Shown here one piece after another: positions 1-9,225 of a DNA stretch of 64,000 bases. Numbering within the stretch: position 1 is the first letter of the stretch; each line of letters starts with the position of its first letter. Source of the DNA: an uncultured Methanosarcinaceae archaeon. GTDB lineage: Archaea; Halobacteriota; Methanosarcinia; Methanosarcinales; Methanosarcinaceae. The stretch spans positions 1 to 64,000 of the forward strand of contig CAWHXP010000018.1 of assembly GCA_963833425.1 (NCBI GenBank), read 5' to 3'. Made by a program: the position numbers and the translations under genes. The notes beneath the pieces are model-generated. The model had not been told where the DNA came from, ran no database searches, and worked only from the letters and a program-made list of their open reading frames with translations.

Positions 1-411
1 CTTCCCAAGAGACATGATCCGGAAGGTAAAAAAAGCCACAGAAATTGTAGGCCCTACATATATCCATACCCACGCTCCACTTACTACAGGCTGGGGATTC
101 GAAAATTCAAATTCTTGGAAATCGCCAAACTCGCGGTAGAAACCGGTCTATGGCCTATGTATGAGATGGAATTTGGAGAAATAACGCAGGTCAGAAAGAT
201 CAAGGATCCCAGGCCAGTCGAGGAGTACCTGAGAACTCAAAGAAGATTCAAACATCTATTCACCATGGAAGGTGGTAATGAAGAAATCCAGAAAATTCAG
301 GATAATGCAGACTGGAATATAAAACACTATGATCTTAAAGGAAAACTAAGTTTTCACTTTTTTATTCCAGTCGAATACCTTAGCTTTCATTGGTACGTGA
401 ATTTTCCCTAG
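1..411 (+). pseudogene. porB: 3' end of pyruvate:ferredoxin oxidoreductase beta subunit, frameshifted
   Basis: Frame 2 from base 2 reads FPRDMIRKVKKATEIVGPTYIHTHAPLTTGWGF, then shifts near 110 into frame 1 EIAKLAVETGLWPMYE...YLRTQRRFKHL. The C-terminus runs on into apparently non-homologous sequence. Confidence 0.75.
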
Positions 412-506
412 AAACTTTATTAACTGACTGATTTATATTTTATTCTGCTGCGCTTTTGAATTAAAATGTAATTACAGAATTCAAACCATTGTGTTTATAA
501 AAATAA

Positions 507-595
507 GGAGGATTTGTTAAACCTCTATTTTCACGAATAACTTATATATAACTTATAATCATGTGATAAAACTTCGGAGCTTCTCGAAATCCTCT
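507..595. mobile_element. ~90-bp MITE copy
   Basis: Degenerate terminal inverted repeats GGAGGATTTGTTAAACCTC...GCTTCTCGAAATCCTCT; same family as 58432-58528. Confidence 0.7.
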
Positions 596-761
596 AAGAT
601 ACTATATTTTTTTACGTGAATTATCATGAAAAATTTCTTTTAGGCAATGTTATATTCAACGATTTTGAAATATATTCGCTTTAAAATCGGCAAGAGGTAT
701 TGTTTTGAGTTTGATGTGATCTGTAATGATGATCATGTAAATTTTTTCGTTGGTTCTGAAC
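596..761 (+). pseudogene. IS200/IS605 tnpA remnant, left half (split by the integrated element)
   Basis: Translates to STILKYIRFKIGKRYCFEFDVICNDDHVNFFVGSE; nearly identical to the reverse complement of 29499-29660. Confidence 0.85.
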
Positions 762-785
762 CAACATAAATACCTATATTGTTTA
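749..785. repeat. Left junction: 13-bp core plus left terminal inverted repeat
   Basis: GTTGGTTCTGAAC (749-761), CAA, then CATAAATACCTATATTGTTTA (765-785). 749-765 is also a perfect GTTGGTTC-T-GAACCAAC palindrome. Confidence 0.9.
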
Positions 786-811
786 TCTATGATTAATTCC
801 ATCAAGTTAGT

Positions 812-1946
812 ATGGATAATTCAAAGATCTTAAAAGATTACTTAAGGAAGGTTAAGCAGATGGACTTACGGAAGAGACAATTGCACCTGCTGAATATACA
901 CTTATAAAGTTCATAGAATGGTGTGGAGATCGAGAATTAAAGGAATTACTACAGACGATGTTTACGATTATCTGGATTTTATAAATGCCTATACATACAT
1001 CAAAGCTGGTAAGGCAGTTAAGTACTCGCCTGGTACACAACAAAAAATCCGAACGGTTTTAAAAAAATTCTTGACTTTTATAAATCATGAACTCGGAGCC
1101 GTAATAAAATTGCGGACGCTAAAAAATGGGAAAATCCCCGAAGATATTTTGACTCGCGAAGAAATTGAAAAATTAATTGATTCATGTCTAAGTAACAGAG
1201 ATCGGGCTATAGTTGCTACTTTTTATGAAAGCGGAGCTAGAAGGGGCGAATTACTAACAGTTCAACTTAAACATGTGACTTTTGACGAGAATGGGGCAAT
1301 TCTTAATATACAGAAAGGGAAAACAGGAAGTCGCCGCGTGAGACTTGTATTAGCTTCGTCTTACCTTAAACAGTGGATTGACACGCATCCATTAAAGAAT
1401 AATCATGATGCTTACCTATTCTGTTCAACTAATTCTCCTTTTGGAGTCATCACATTTGTAGGACTTGCAGATCAACTACACAAAATAGCAAATAGAGCAG
1501 ATATCCAGCCAAAAAGAGTTTATCCACATGCATTTAGACATGCCCGAGCAACACATTTAGCCGAACAATTACCTGAACAACTTTTAAAAGAATATTTAGG
1601 CTGGACTAAATCAAGTAATATGGCGAGTGTATATGTGCATATGTCAGGTAGAGATGTGGATAATGCTATACTTAAATTGCACGGAATCGAGACTGAAGAA
1701 GCCCCCAAAAAATTTACTGTTAATAAATGCCCACGTTGTAAGGAAATAAATCCAGAAAATGCTTTATTTTGTTTTAAATGTGGACTGCCACTTACGCAGG
1801 AAGTTTCATCCACTGTAGAATCCGTAAAAACCGATTATATGCAATTTGCAGATCTTAACGAAATCCGGGAAATGAAAAATGTGTTAAAACAGGAACTTGA
1901 TGAAATTTCTAAGTTAAAGGAGTTGATGCTCAAAGCAGGAAAATAA
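812..1946 (+). CDS. Tyrosine recombinase/integrase with C-terminal Zn ribbon; two apparent N-terminal frameshifts (long ORF 918-1946)
   Basis: Catalytic motifs SGARRGE, KGKTG, HAFRH, LGW, VYVH; CPRC/CFKC Zn ribbon. ATG 812 gives MDNSKILKDYLRKV, then ADGLTEETI...WCGDRELK in another frame. Confidence 0.9.
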
Positions 1947-1989
1947 CTTTCTCGTAGAGCTTGATCCCAAAACTCAAAATTGCATCTTT

Positions 1990-2680
1990 TGATTTCAAAT
2001 TCCAAATGACTCACAAGCATAGACAGCTCATAACGAAGCTTAAAATGTGGAAGTCGAGCTATTTGATGAATTGCTGAAAGATTTATTTGTGGCAATCCCT
2101 GAACCAAGGCAAACAATAAGAAGGCCAAGCTTGTTAATTCCTGAATCTCTATTCTGTGCCATTCAGAAAGTGTACTCTCAGTTATCCAGCCGTCATCATT
2201 TAGTCTCTTTCAGAATGCAACTGAAAAAGGACAAATAGAACACGCAACCCATTTCAATGCGCCATCAAAACTCTTCAACATCTAAATATTACTCCAATTT
2301 TACAGAAATTGGTCTACGTATCTGCATTACCAGTAGCCGGATTAGCTACTAATTTCGTCGTCGATTCTACGGGATTCAGATCAACAACATTCCTCATATG
2401 CAACGAAATGGAACATGGACAGAGCAAAGAACATAAGTGCCTTAAGGCTTATATGTGTGGGTGTAAAGATCAACACAGTCGCTTCTGTGATCATAATTGA
2501 TGGGATTACAATGACTCCCCACAGTTTAGCCAATTGATTAATCAGGCATCAGAAGGCTTCTCAATGAATGAGATTTCTGCTGACTTAGCTTATTCGTCTC
2601 GCAAAAATTTTGACGCAGCAAATGTATTGGTGTGAGTCATATATCCCTTTTAAAAAAAATGTGACTGGAAGGGCAACTTG
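1990..2680 (+). pseudogene. Degraded DDE transposase (IS5-like) remnant
   Basis: Fragments ESLFCAIQKVYSQLSSR and FVVDSTGF, with multiple stops and frameshifts; boundaries approximate. Confidence 0.6.
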
Positions 2681-2693
2681 TTCTGCTATTTAG

Positions 2694-3374
2694 TCATAAT
2701 CTATAATAGTCCTTAACTGACCGGTAATTAGGGTATAACGAATGCCTCTCCATCCTTAAGAAGATATCCCAAAGAAAGTCTAAAAAATAAGAGGGGACTT
2801 GAGTCTGGCTTAGAGATTGGGTAGGGAATTCATAAGCATGATTTTCGAAATTTTCATAAGAATCTGCACGTTTACCGAGACTGTAAATATCTTCGACATC
2901 ATCGTATAAGGTTTTAAAGCTATTTTTCAAGCACTTATCAAAAAAGTGAATCGAATGGGACAACTGAATACGAAGCTCTTTGGCATGAATAGCATCTATA
3001 CAAGGATATCCTTTAATGATTTGCTCTTCAAGGATTAGATTTAAAGCCTGATCATATCTATTTAATTGTATCTCAGGATAGTGTTTTCGTATATTCCGCA
3101 AAGTTTCTAATTTTTCAATTTTCCATTTATGATATGACCCCGGATCTCGTGGAATTATTTCGATGCAACCTTTTTGTTTTAAACCTTTCAAGTGAGACCT
3201 AATGTTGTTCTCATCTAATAGATTATATTTTTTCTGAATATGTTTTATTATATCTGGCCCTGATACCACATCATTTTTAATGAGAATGTACTTGACAATT
3301 TCGATTTTTGCTTCGTTTTTATTTAAACGCTCGCCTCGGATTCTCCTCTTTTGTTCATTTTCATCTTCATTCAT
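2694..3374 (-). CDS. Winged-HTH protein, putative repressor of the element
   Basis: NIRSHLKGLKQKGCIE wHTH-like segment; divergent from the AbrB/replication operon. Confidence 0.6.
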   Translation of the reverse strand: MNEDENEQKRRIRGERLNKNEAKIEIVKYILIKNDVVSGPDIIKHIQKKYNLLDENNIRSHLKGLKQKGCIEIIPRDPGSYHKWKIEKLETLRNIRKHYPEIQLNRYDQALNLILEEQIIKGYPCIDAIHAKELRIQLSHSIHFFDKCLKNSFKTLYDDVEDIYSLGKRADSYENFENHAYEFPTQSLSQTQVPSYFLDFLWDIFLRMERHSLYPNYRSVKDYYRL

Positions 3375-3537
3375 ATGAAATTACATAAACTGCTGGATCT
3401 TAAGCTTTGTTATTTTACATTTTATAGGGGTACTGGATATAGTTTAGTTCTAATATCCAGGTGATATTCAACCTGAGGAATATCATTTTCAGATATTTAT
3501 ACATGTAATTTCCTAAGTAAGAAATAGTGGTAGTAAA

Positions 3538-3786
3538 ATGTTTAGATTTAAAAATAAAAAAATTCAACAGGTAAGAGGTTCGTTTTTTGTCTCTCTACCT
3601 AGTGAGTGGATCACAAGCAACGAAATGAAAAAAAGTGATCAAGTACGAATCGAACTATTAGAAGACGGAAATTTACAGATTTGCCCGGTCCCTCAGTCCG
3701 ACCAAGGCTCTAAGGGGACCGGAACAACGACAACAACCACCGTTTTAAGGAGATGTGCCGGCTATGGAAAATATGACCCAAAGTAA
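3538..3786 (+). CDS. AbrB/SpoVT-like DNA-binding protein
   Basis: KIQQVRGSFFVSLPSEW...KSDQVRIELLEDGNLQI swapped-hairpin signature. Confidence 0.8.
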   Translation: MFRFKNKKIQQVRGSFFVSLPSEWITSNEMKKSDQVRIELLEDGNLQICPVPQSDQGSKGTGTTTTTTVLRRCAGYGKYDPK

Positions 3787-3925
3787 TTTATTATTTGTGG
3801 AATGGTCAAAGCGTGTAAACTCTCAATATCCTGACATCTTGGAACATATGAGGAAGAGCACTGACCCCCTGGAAAGAGTCATCGCAAAACGAATTATACA
3901 AATTGCAGGTGGCAACAAAGAATGA
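3764..3925 (+). CDS. Small hypothetical protein (53 aa), not in the ORF track
   Basis: MENMTQSNLLFVEWSKRVNSQYPDILEHMRKSTDPLERVIAKRIIQIAGGNKE; AAGGAG upstream; its stop overlaps a downstream ATG (ATGA). Confidence 0.65.
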   Translation: MENMTQSNLLFVEWSKRVNSQYPDILEHMRKSTDPLERVIAKRIIQIAGGNKE

Positions 3926-3959
3926 CTAAAAACCATAATCCGAAAGATTTCAGGAGACC

Positions 3960-4532
3960 ATGAGAGTGGATTTCGATTTTGATAGTGTCAAATTGTCACC
4001 CACTTTTGCGGCTGGAATGATGGTCGAAAAATTGATCACTACCATTCCAATAAGAAAGCCGAATGCATACGAATTTTTTAGGGTTAGAGACGACTCGGAG
4101 TGGACTTTCTCACTGTATCTTCTCGATTTGAATGAAGGGGATGAGGAAAAATATATCGTAGCTCCAGAGCTGATCTCAGACGTAATGGATATTGGAAGGT
4201 TAAAGCCTGTAATGATCTACACTTTGATAACACATACCCACAAAATATTTTTCCTTTCAGATGTCCCACTCCCCGATCAAGACGGTAAAGATAATGGATA
4301 CCACCGAACTCGAAGAGAATCATACGCAATTGGCACGAAAAAATGGGTTCGGATCAAGGCTAACAAGGCTCTAGGTGCTTATGAAATATCCCTAGCAAAA
4401 GGTGAGTTGCCTGAACCTAAATGGCCAAAGGACCCAAAAACAATAAAAGATGCTTTAAATATTGCTTTTAAAAATAAGATTATTGATTCGATAAATCATC
4501 CAGTCTTGAAGCAACTTAGAGGGGAGCAGTGA
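3960..4532 (+). CDS. Hypothetical protein translationally coupled to PolA
   Basis: 190-aa ORF whose stop overlaps the PolA GTG start (GTGA); motif TIPIRKPNAYEFFRVR. The true start may be the out-of-frame ATG at 3922. Confidence 0.8.
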   Translation: MRVDFDFDSVKLSPTFAAGMMVEKLITTIPIRKPNAYEFFRVRDDSEWTFSLYLLDLNEGDEEKYIVAPELISDVMDIGRLKPVMIYTLITHTHKIFFLSDVPLPDQDGKDNGYHRTRRESYAIGTKKWVRIKANKALGAYEISLAKGELPEPKWPKDPKTIKDALNIAFKNKIIDSINHPVLKQLRGEQ

Positions 4533-6283
4533 AAATGCTCCCTATTTTTAAAAATATTTTTGTAATAGACTTCGAATTTATCGCTGATTCGGGAGAGACG
4601 TCGAAACCTGTGTGTATTGTAGCGCACGAAATTATTTCTGGGGAAACTAAAAAAGTATGGTTAGAAGGAAAAAACCCCCTTACCCTTAAACCACCATACC
4701 CTATGGATGAAACTGATTTATTTGTTGCATATTTTAGTTCTGCAGAATGGGGTTGTCATTTAGCTCTAAACTGGCCTTTGCCCATTCACGTAGTTGATTT
4801 GTATCCGGAGTTTAGAAAAATTACAAATGGGCTGCCTGGTGTCTCAAAAAGTCTATTGGGAGCTTGTCAACAATATGGAATCGCAGCCATAGCGGAATCA
4901 GAAAAGGAAAGTACTAGACAAAGGATAATGCAAGGGCCTCCTTATACTGAAAAAGAAAAAAGCTACATTATGGATTATTGCGCGTCTGACGTCATGGAAA
5001 CAGCGAAATTATTCAAAAAAATATCAATGGAGAGCAGTTTTGACATTGGCACAGCACTTTTTCGCGGTAAGTATATGGAAGCAGTAGCAATAATGGAATA
5101 TAATGGAATTCCGATCGACATTGAAACTTTAATAGCTTTAAAGGAAAATTGGACTTTAATTAAGGAGAAATTAATTCAGGAAATAGATCTCTTCTATGGA
5201 GTTTACGAAGGCACTATATTCAAGATTTCTAAGTTTGAGCAGTATTTGAATAAAAATGGGATCTCTTGGCCAAGGACTGAGAAAGGAAATTTAGAAATAA
5301 AAGATGATACTTTCAAGGAAATGGTTGTTTCATATCCGCAACTACAGGGGCTTAAAGATCTTCGGTATATTTTAGGACAATTGAAACTTTCAGAAATTTC
5401 TGTTGGATCTGACAATAGAAATAGATGCTTACTTTCGCCGTTTGCTTCTAAAACTGGAAGAAATCAGCCAAGCACAAGTAAATTCATATTTGGTCCTGCT
5501 GTCTGGCTCAGGAGTCTTATTAAACCTGAAAAAGGCAAAGTGTTAGCTCACATTGATTATTCTCAGCAAGAATTTTGTATAGCAGCTGCTTTGTCGAAAG
5601 ATCCTGAAATGAAAGCAGCCTACGAGTCAGGAGATCCTTATCTAGCGTTTGCAAAACAGGCCAGAGCAGTGCCACAGGAAGCAACAAAATCGACTCATAA
5701 AGCTGCAAGAGATCTTTTTAAAGCTTGTGTATTGGGGGTTCAATATGGTATGGGTCCCGATAGTCTGGCTTTGCGTATAGGCAAATCAACTCCTTACGCC
5801 AAAGAACTACTAAGGCACCACAAGAGAGTTTACCAAAAGTATTGGGCTTGGTGTGATCATGTCCTGGATACCACTCTTCTTTTCAGAAGGATAACTACCT
5901 GTTTTGGGTGGCAAATGCACATCTTTGGCGGAGAGAAGAAAGAAGGAAGAACAATCAAAAATTTCCCTTGTCAAGCTACGGGTGCGGAAATTCTCAGAGT
6001 CGCTTGCATTCTTCTTGTCGACAATAATATCAAACTCATTGCTCCAATCCACGACGCAATTCTAATTGAGTGTGATGAGGAAGAAGCCGATGAGACTATT
6101 TTCCAAGCCCAGAAATTAATGACCAAAGCTTCTTCCATAGTCTTGGGGCCTGGCAATTCCATTAAAACGGAAGCTAATGTCATTAAATACCCCGATAGAT
6201 ATTCTGACCCTAGGGGAGTTGAGACTTGGAATAAGATCCTAAGAATTATACAAGAAATCAAAGCCAAAAATTCTGGTGCTTGA
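4529..6283 (+). CDS. Family A DNA polymerase with 3'-5' exonuclease domain and no 5'-3' nuclease domain
   Basis: ExoI VIDFEF, ExoIII YCASDV, TGRNQPS, motif A DYSQQE, motif B RDLFKACVLGVQYGMG, NFPCQATGAE, motif C IHDA. Confidence 0.93.
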   Translation: MKMLPIFKNIFVIDFEFIADSGETSKPVCIVAHEIISGETKKVWLEGKNPLTLKPPYPMDETDLFVAYFSSAEWGCHLALNWPLPIHVVDLYPEFRKITNGLPGVSKSLLGACQQYGIAAIAESEKESTRQRIMQGPPYTEKEKSYIMDYCASDVMETAKLFKKISMESSFDIGTALFRGKYMEAVAIMEYNGIPIDIETLIALKENWTLIKEKLIQEIDLFYGVYEGTIFKISKFEQYLNKNGISWPRTEKGNLEIKDDTFKEMVVSYPQLQGLKDLRYILGQLKLSEISVGSDNRNRCLLSPFASKTGRNQPSTSKFIFGPAVWLRSLIKPEKGKVLAHIDYSQQEFCIAAALSKDPEMKAAYESGDPYLAFAKQARAVPQEATKSTHKAARDLFKACVLGVQYGMGPDSLALRIGKSTPYAKELLRHHKRVYQKYWAWCDHVLDTTLLFRRITTCFGWQMHIFGGEKKEGRTIKNFPCQATGAEILRVACILLVDNNIKLIAPIHDAILIECDEEEADETIFQAQKLMTKASSIVLGPGNSIKTEANVIKYPDRYSDPRGVETWNKILRIIQEIKAKNSGA

Positions 6284-6285
6284 TA

Positions 6286-6358
6286 AACACAACATAGGAA
6301 TTTATGGCTATTTACATCGGAATCTGTGACTATTTACATCGGAATCTGTGACTATTTA
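6286..6358 (+). repeat. 22-bp tandem iteron-like repeats (putative origin)
   Basis: CTATTTACATCGGAATCTGTGA at 6308-6329 and 6330-6351, a partial copy at 6352-6358 and a degenerate upstream copy; followed by an AT-rich tract at ~6385-6435. Confidence 0.8.
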
Positions 6359-6435
6359 AATAGACATGGATTCTACTCCGTCCTATTAATTATTTTTAGA
6401 TCTTTCTATTATTTAATATTATATAGGTAAATAAT

Positions 6436-6756
6436 ATGATAACTAAGAAAAAACTAAAATGTCATTTTATCCCCAATACTCCACTCTCTTGGATTCAGAA
6501 AGCTTTACTGTTACAAGGTAATGTAAATGCTACAAAATTAGCTTTGTATATCTGGTATGTAAAAGGTTTAAAGCAAACCAAAACGGATCTTGTTATTTCC
6601 AGTTCTACAGCTAATGATATTTTTGGTGTCAATAAAAGATCTTTCACAAGAGCTCTACAAAAATTGGTAGATTTGGGAATGATAACAACATCAATCCGTG
6701 AACGTGGTAAAAGTCCTAGAGTTACAGTAATATGGGAAGATTCTGAGATAGCATGA
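6436..6756 (+). CDS. Winged-HTH protein, possible replication initiator
   Basis: FGVNKRSFTRALQKLVDLGMITT...GKSPRVTV wHTH pattern, directly downstream of the iterons. Confidence 0.65.
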   Translation: MITKKKLKCHFIPNTPLSWIQKALLLQGNVNATKLALYIWYVKGLKQTKTDLVISSSTANDIFGVNKRSFTRALQKLVDLGMITTSIRERGKSPRVTVIWEDSEIA

Positions 6757-7182
6757 GTAATGAAGTTGGAGCAAATCTGTAACATAACTTTTCTTAATAA
6801 ATCTGCTGATCCTATAGGAGCTTCGTCTTGGAGGTTTAGACGATTAATAAGTATGTATGTTTTATAAATTTAATTTTATTTTTTAAATTGGATAAAAACA
6901 TATATAAAATATCTTGAAGCTGGTTACCGTGCAACCAAGGCTAAAGTATGGGGATTCGTTTTGGCCAAACAACGCCTTAATCTGGGACCACCAGGGAGAC
7001 TTTTATAGACTGTTTGACAAATATAGTTACCCTAGTTTAAAAAATGCCTTAAATCGCCCCAAAACCTGTCTTTTATGGCTTCATACTCAAAAGCTCGGCT
7101 ATTTCATACAGAAGAGAACTAATAAAATATTTAACATAAGATCCATATATATTACTTCAAATAAGCAAAAAACGGTGACTAA

Positions 7183-7605
7183 ATGGCTAGACCAACTAAA
7201 ATGACCCCCGATATAATCAATAGAATCGGTGACGGTATATCACTTGGACTTACTTATGCTCTTGCTGCCAATGCAGCCGGAATTACATATCAAACATTAA
7301 ATTTCTGGATGAACAAAGGAAAGAATTCAAAGTCTGGAGAATACTTTGAGTTCTATAAATATATAACTAAATGTAACGCTGATGCCGCGAAAGCTCTCCT
7401 AGAACGCTTAAACAAAGCAGCAGTTGCTGGTAATTGCCAAGTTTGCATGTGGATTTTGGAAAGGCGTTTCAGTGACGACTTCGGCAGGAGAGAATATCGT
7501 AAAATGGACATTGTTTCAGAGAATATAAATGAAAATGTTGAACTAACAATCAAGGAAGGAGATCAAATTAGAAAACAAATTTTAGCGAAGTTTGATCGGG
7601 GTTAA
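7183..7605 (+). CDS. Terminase small subunit-like HTH protein
   Basis: MARPTKMTPD...AANAAGITYQTLNFW...WILERRF..DFGRR resembles phage TerS-type proteins. Confidence 0.65.
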   Translation: MARPTKMTPDIINRIGDGISLGLTYALAANAAGITYQTLNFWMNKGKNSKSGEYFEFYKYITKCNADAAKALLERLNKAAVAGNCQVCMWILERRFSDDFGRREYRKMDIVSENINENVELTIKEGDQIRKQILAKFDRG

Positions 7606-8562
7606 GAAAGTCACGAGTTATCAGTTGATTAAGATTTTTCATCCTAAATTGGTATATTTTTACTAGAATATACTTTCCTTCTGATTTTATTCTGTGGTAT
7701 AATTGCGGTCGGACTACCAAGATCGTCACCATGGATTTTTCCCCAGATTATTCAGGCAGTAACTTTGTGTCCAACCTGCTATTCTCGTGAATTGAACTTT
7801 GAATGTTAACTGCCTGCTTATGCACATATTCTCATTTAACTTTTCTATCTGCTCGTCCTGGTGTGCCGCTGCTCGTCCTTAATGCTCATCTGACCGTAAA
7901 GTGCTTGGATCTAAGCCCAGATGCTCGAGGGTTTCTGTCTTTATCTGCAGAAGGGCACTATCGAATAGTGGAGTACAACACCCCCATCGATAACTGAAAA
8001 TGAAGCAAAAAAGATTAGAATGAAAATTTTAGAAAAGATTAGAATTAGAGATAGGTACATTGAATCATTTATCTAACTGAAATGCTCTTGATAGTTTAGT
8101 TAATTAAGTCGATATTACTCATTTTGCGCAATTTTTTATAAATTGATAAGAACTATATTTAATCAATAAGATGCAATAATTTAATATTTATAAAAATTTT
8201 TATAGTTCTAAAATATTTTAATCCAGAATAAATTTTATTCAAAAACTATTTTTCAGCTCATTAATTTGATATAACGGATTATTTCATATTGTAATTAGCC
8301 GAAAGTGACATCAATGGTATATTGTGCATGCTCACAATGGGGGTGGTAGAAGCTAAGATGCTAAGCATTTTAATCCACGCGGGGGGCAAAGCCGTCACCT
8401 CTTATAAGGTATTGCAGAAGATGATTGATCTGGACTGTCCTTAACTATGTTTCTCTATTATTTTTACAATATCGTTTTTATAAAAGAACTCTAAGTTAAT
8501 ACACGAGTTCGTCATTATTGAAAATAAGTCGCATGCAAAGAACAAAAATAGAGGAGTGAATC

Positions 8563-8988
8563 ATGAAAAAGCTATCCGATAATTTGCAAGAGCTCGCAGG
8601 CCATGTGGCGGATGCAGAAAAGAAAGTCGCGGCCGCCGAACAAGCATCCAAGGAAAAGGTAGAAGCCTCGATCCAGAAATCAAAAGCAGATGCTAAAGCA
8701 AGGCAGGAATCGTTCAAAGCTGACGTCAAAAAGCGCCAGGAAGCGACGGCTATGCATTGGCAAGAACTCCAGGAAGGTTATCATCAGAAGATTCAGCAAA
8801 TCAAGAACAAAATTAAAACCGAAAAAGAGGCTATGGAAGCCAAGCAAGCAACAAGACGGGCGGATGATTCGGAGGCGTATGCCGAGGCTGCCATCAATTT
8901 TGCCATGATGGCAATTGACGAAGCCGAAGTGGCAGTGCTGGAAGCGATTGACGCACGGGTATACGCTGAATCGTTACCTCAAAAGTGA
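8563..8988 (+). CDS. Coiled-coil hypothetical protein
   Basis: 141-aa Ala/Glu/Lys-rich helical ORF with GAGGAG upstream. Confidence 0.8.
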   Translation: MKKLSDNLQELAGHVADAEKKVAAAEQASKEKVEASIQKSKADAKARQESFKADVKKRQEATAMHWQELQEGYHQKIQQIKNKIKTEKEAMEAKQATRRADDSEAYAEAAINFAMMAIDEAEVAVLEAIDARVYAESLPQK

Positions 8989-9225
8989 GGACAGCGTTCA
9001 GATCATTGCGAAAGTTGGAGAGAAGTAGATATCGACCGAATGTCTCGTCAACGATATAATGTCGTATTAAATCGGATACATCTATTCGGAATCTTTCAAT
9101 CTTTGAGGATTGACGCGACACTAGTGCATCGATTCAAAAATTGATCAATATTTGAAGTAAGAATTAATTGATCGATAGTGAATTTATAGCTAGGGTTTAT
9201 GGACATTTTTTGAAATCGAAGCACT

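Noticed and set aside
918..1946. Integron integrase acting on the attC
   Set aside because: It looks like a Zn-ribbon archaeal element integrase; I see no IntI-type insertion, and it lies 7 kb from the attC.
6286..6358. CRISPR array
   Set aside because: The repeats are directly adjacent with no spacers, and no cas genes are present.
6914..7204. 96-aa ORF before the TerS-like gene
   Set aside because: TTG start, no RBS or motif; likely non-coding.
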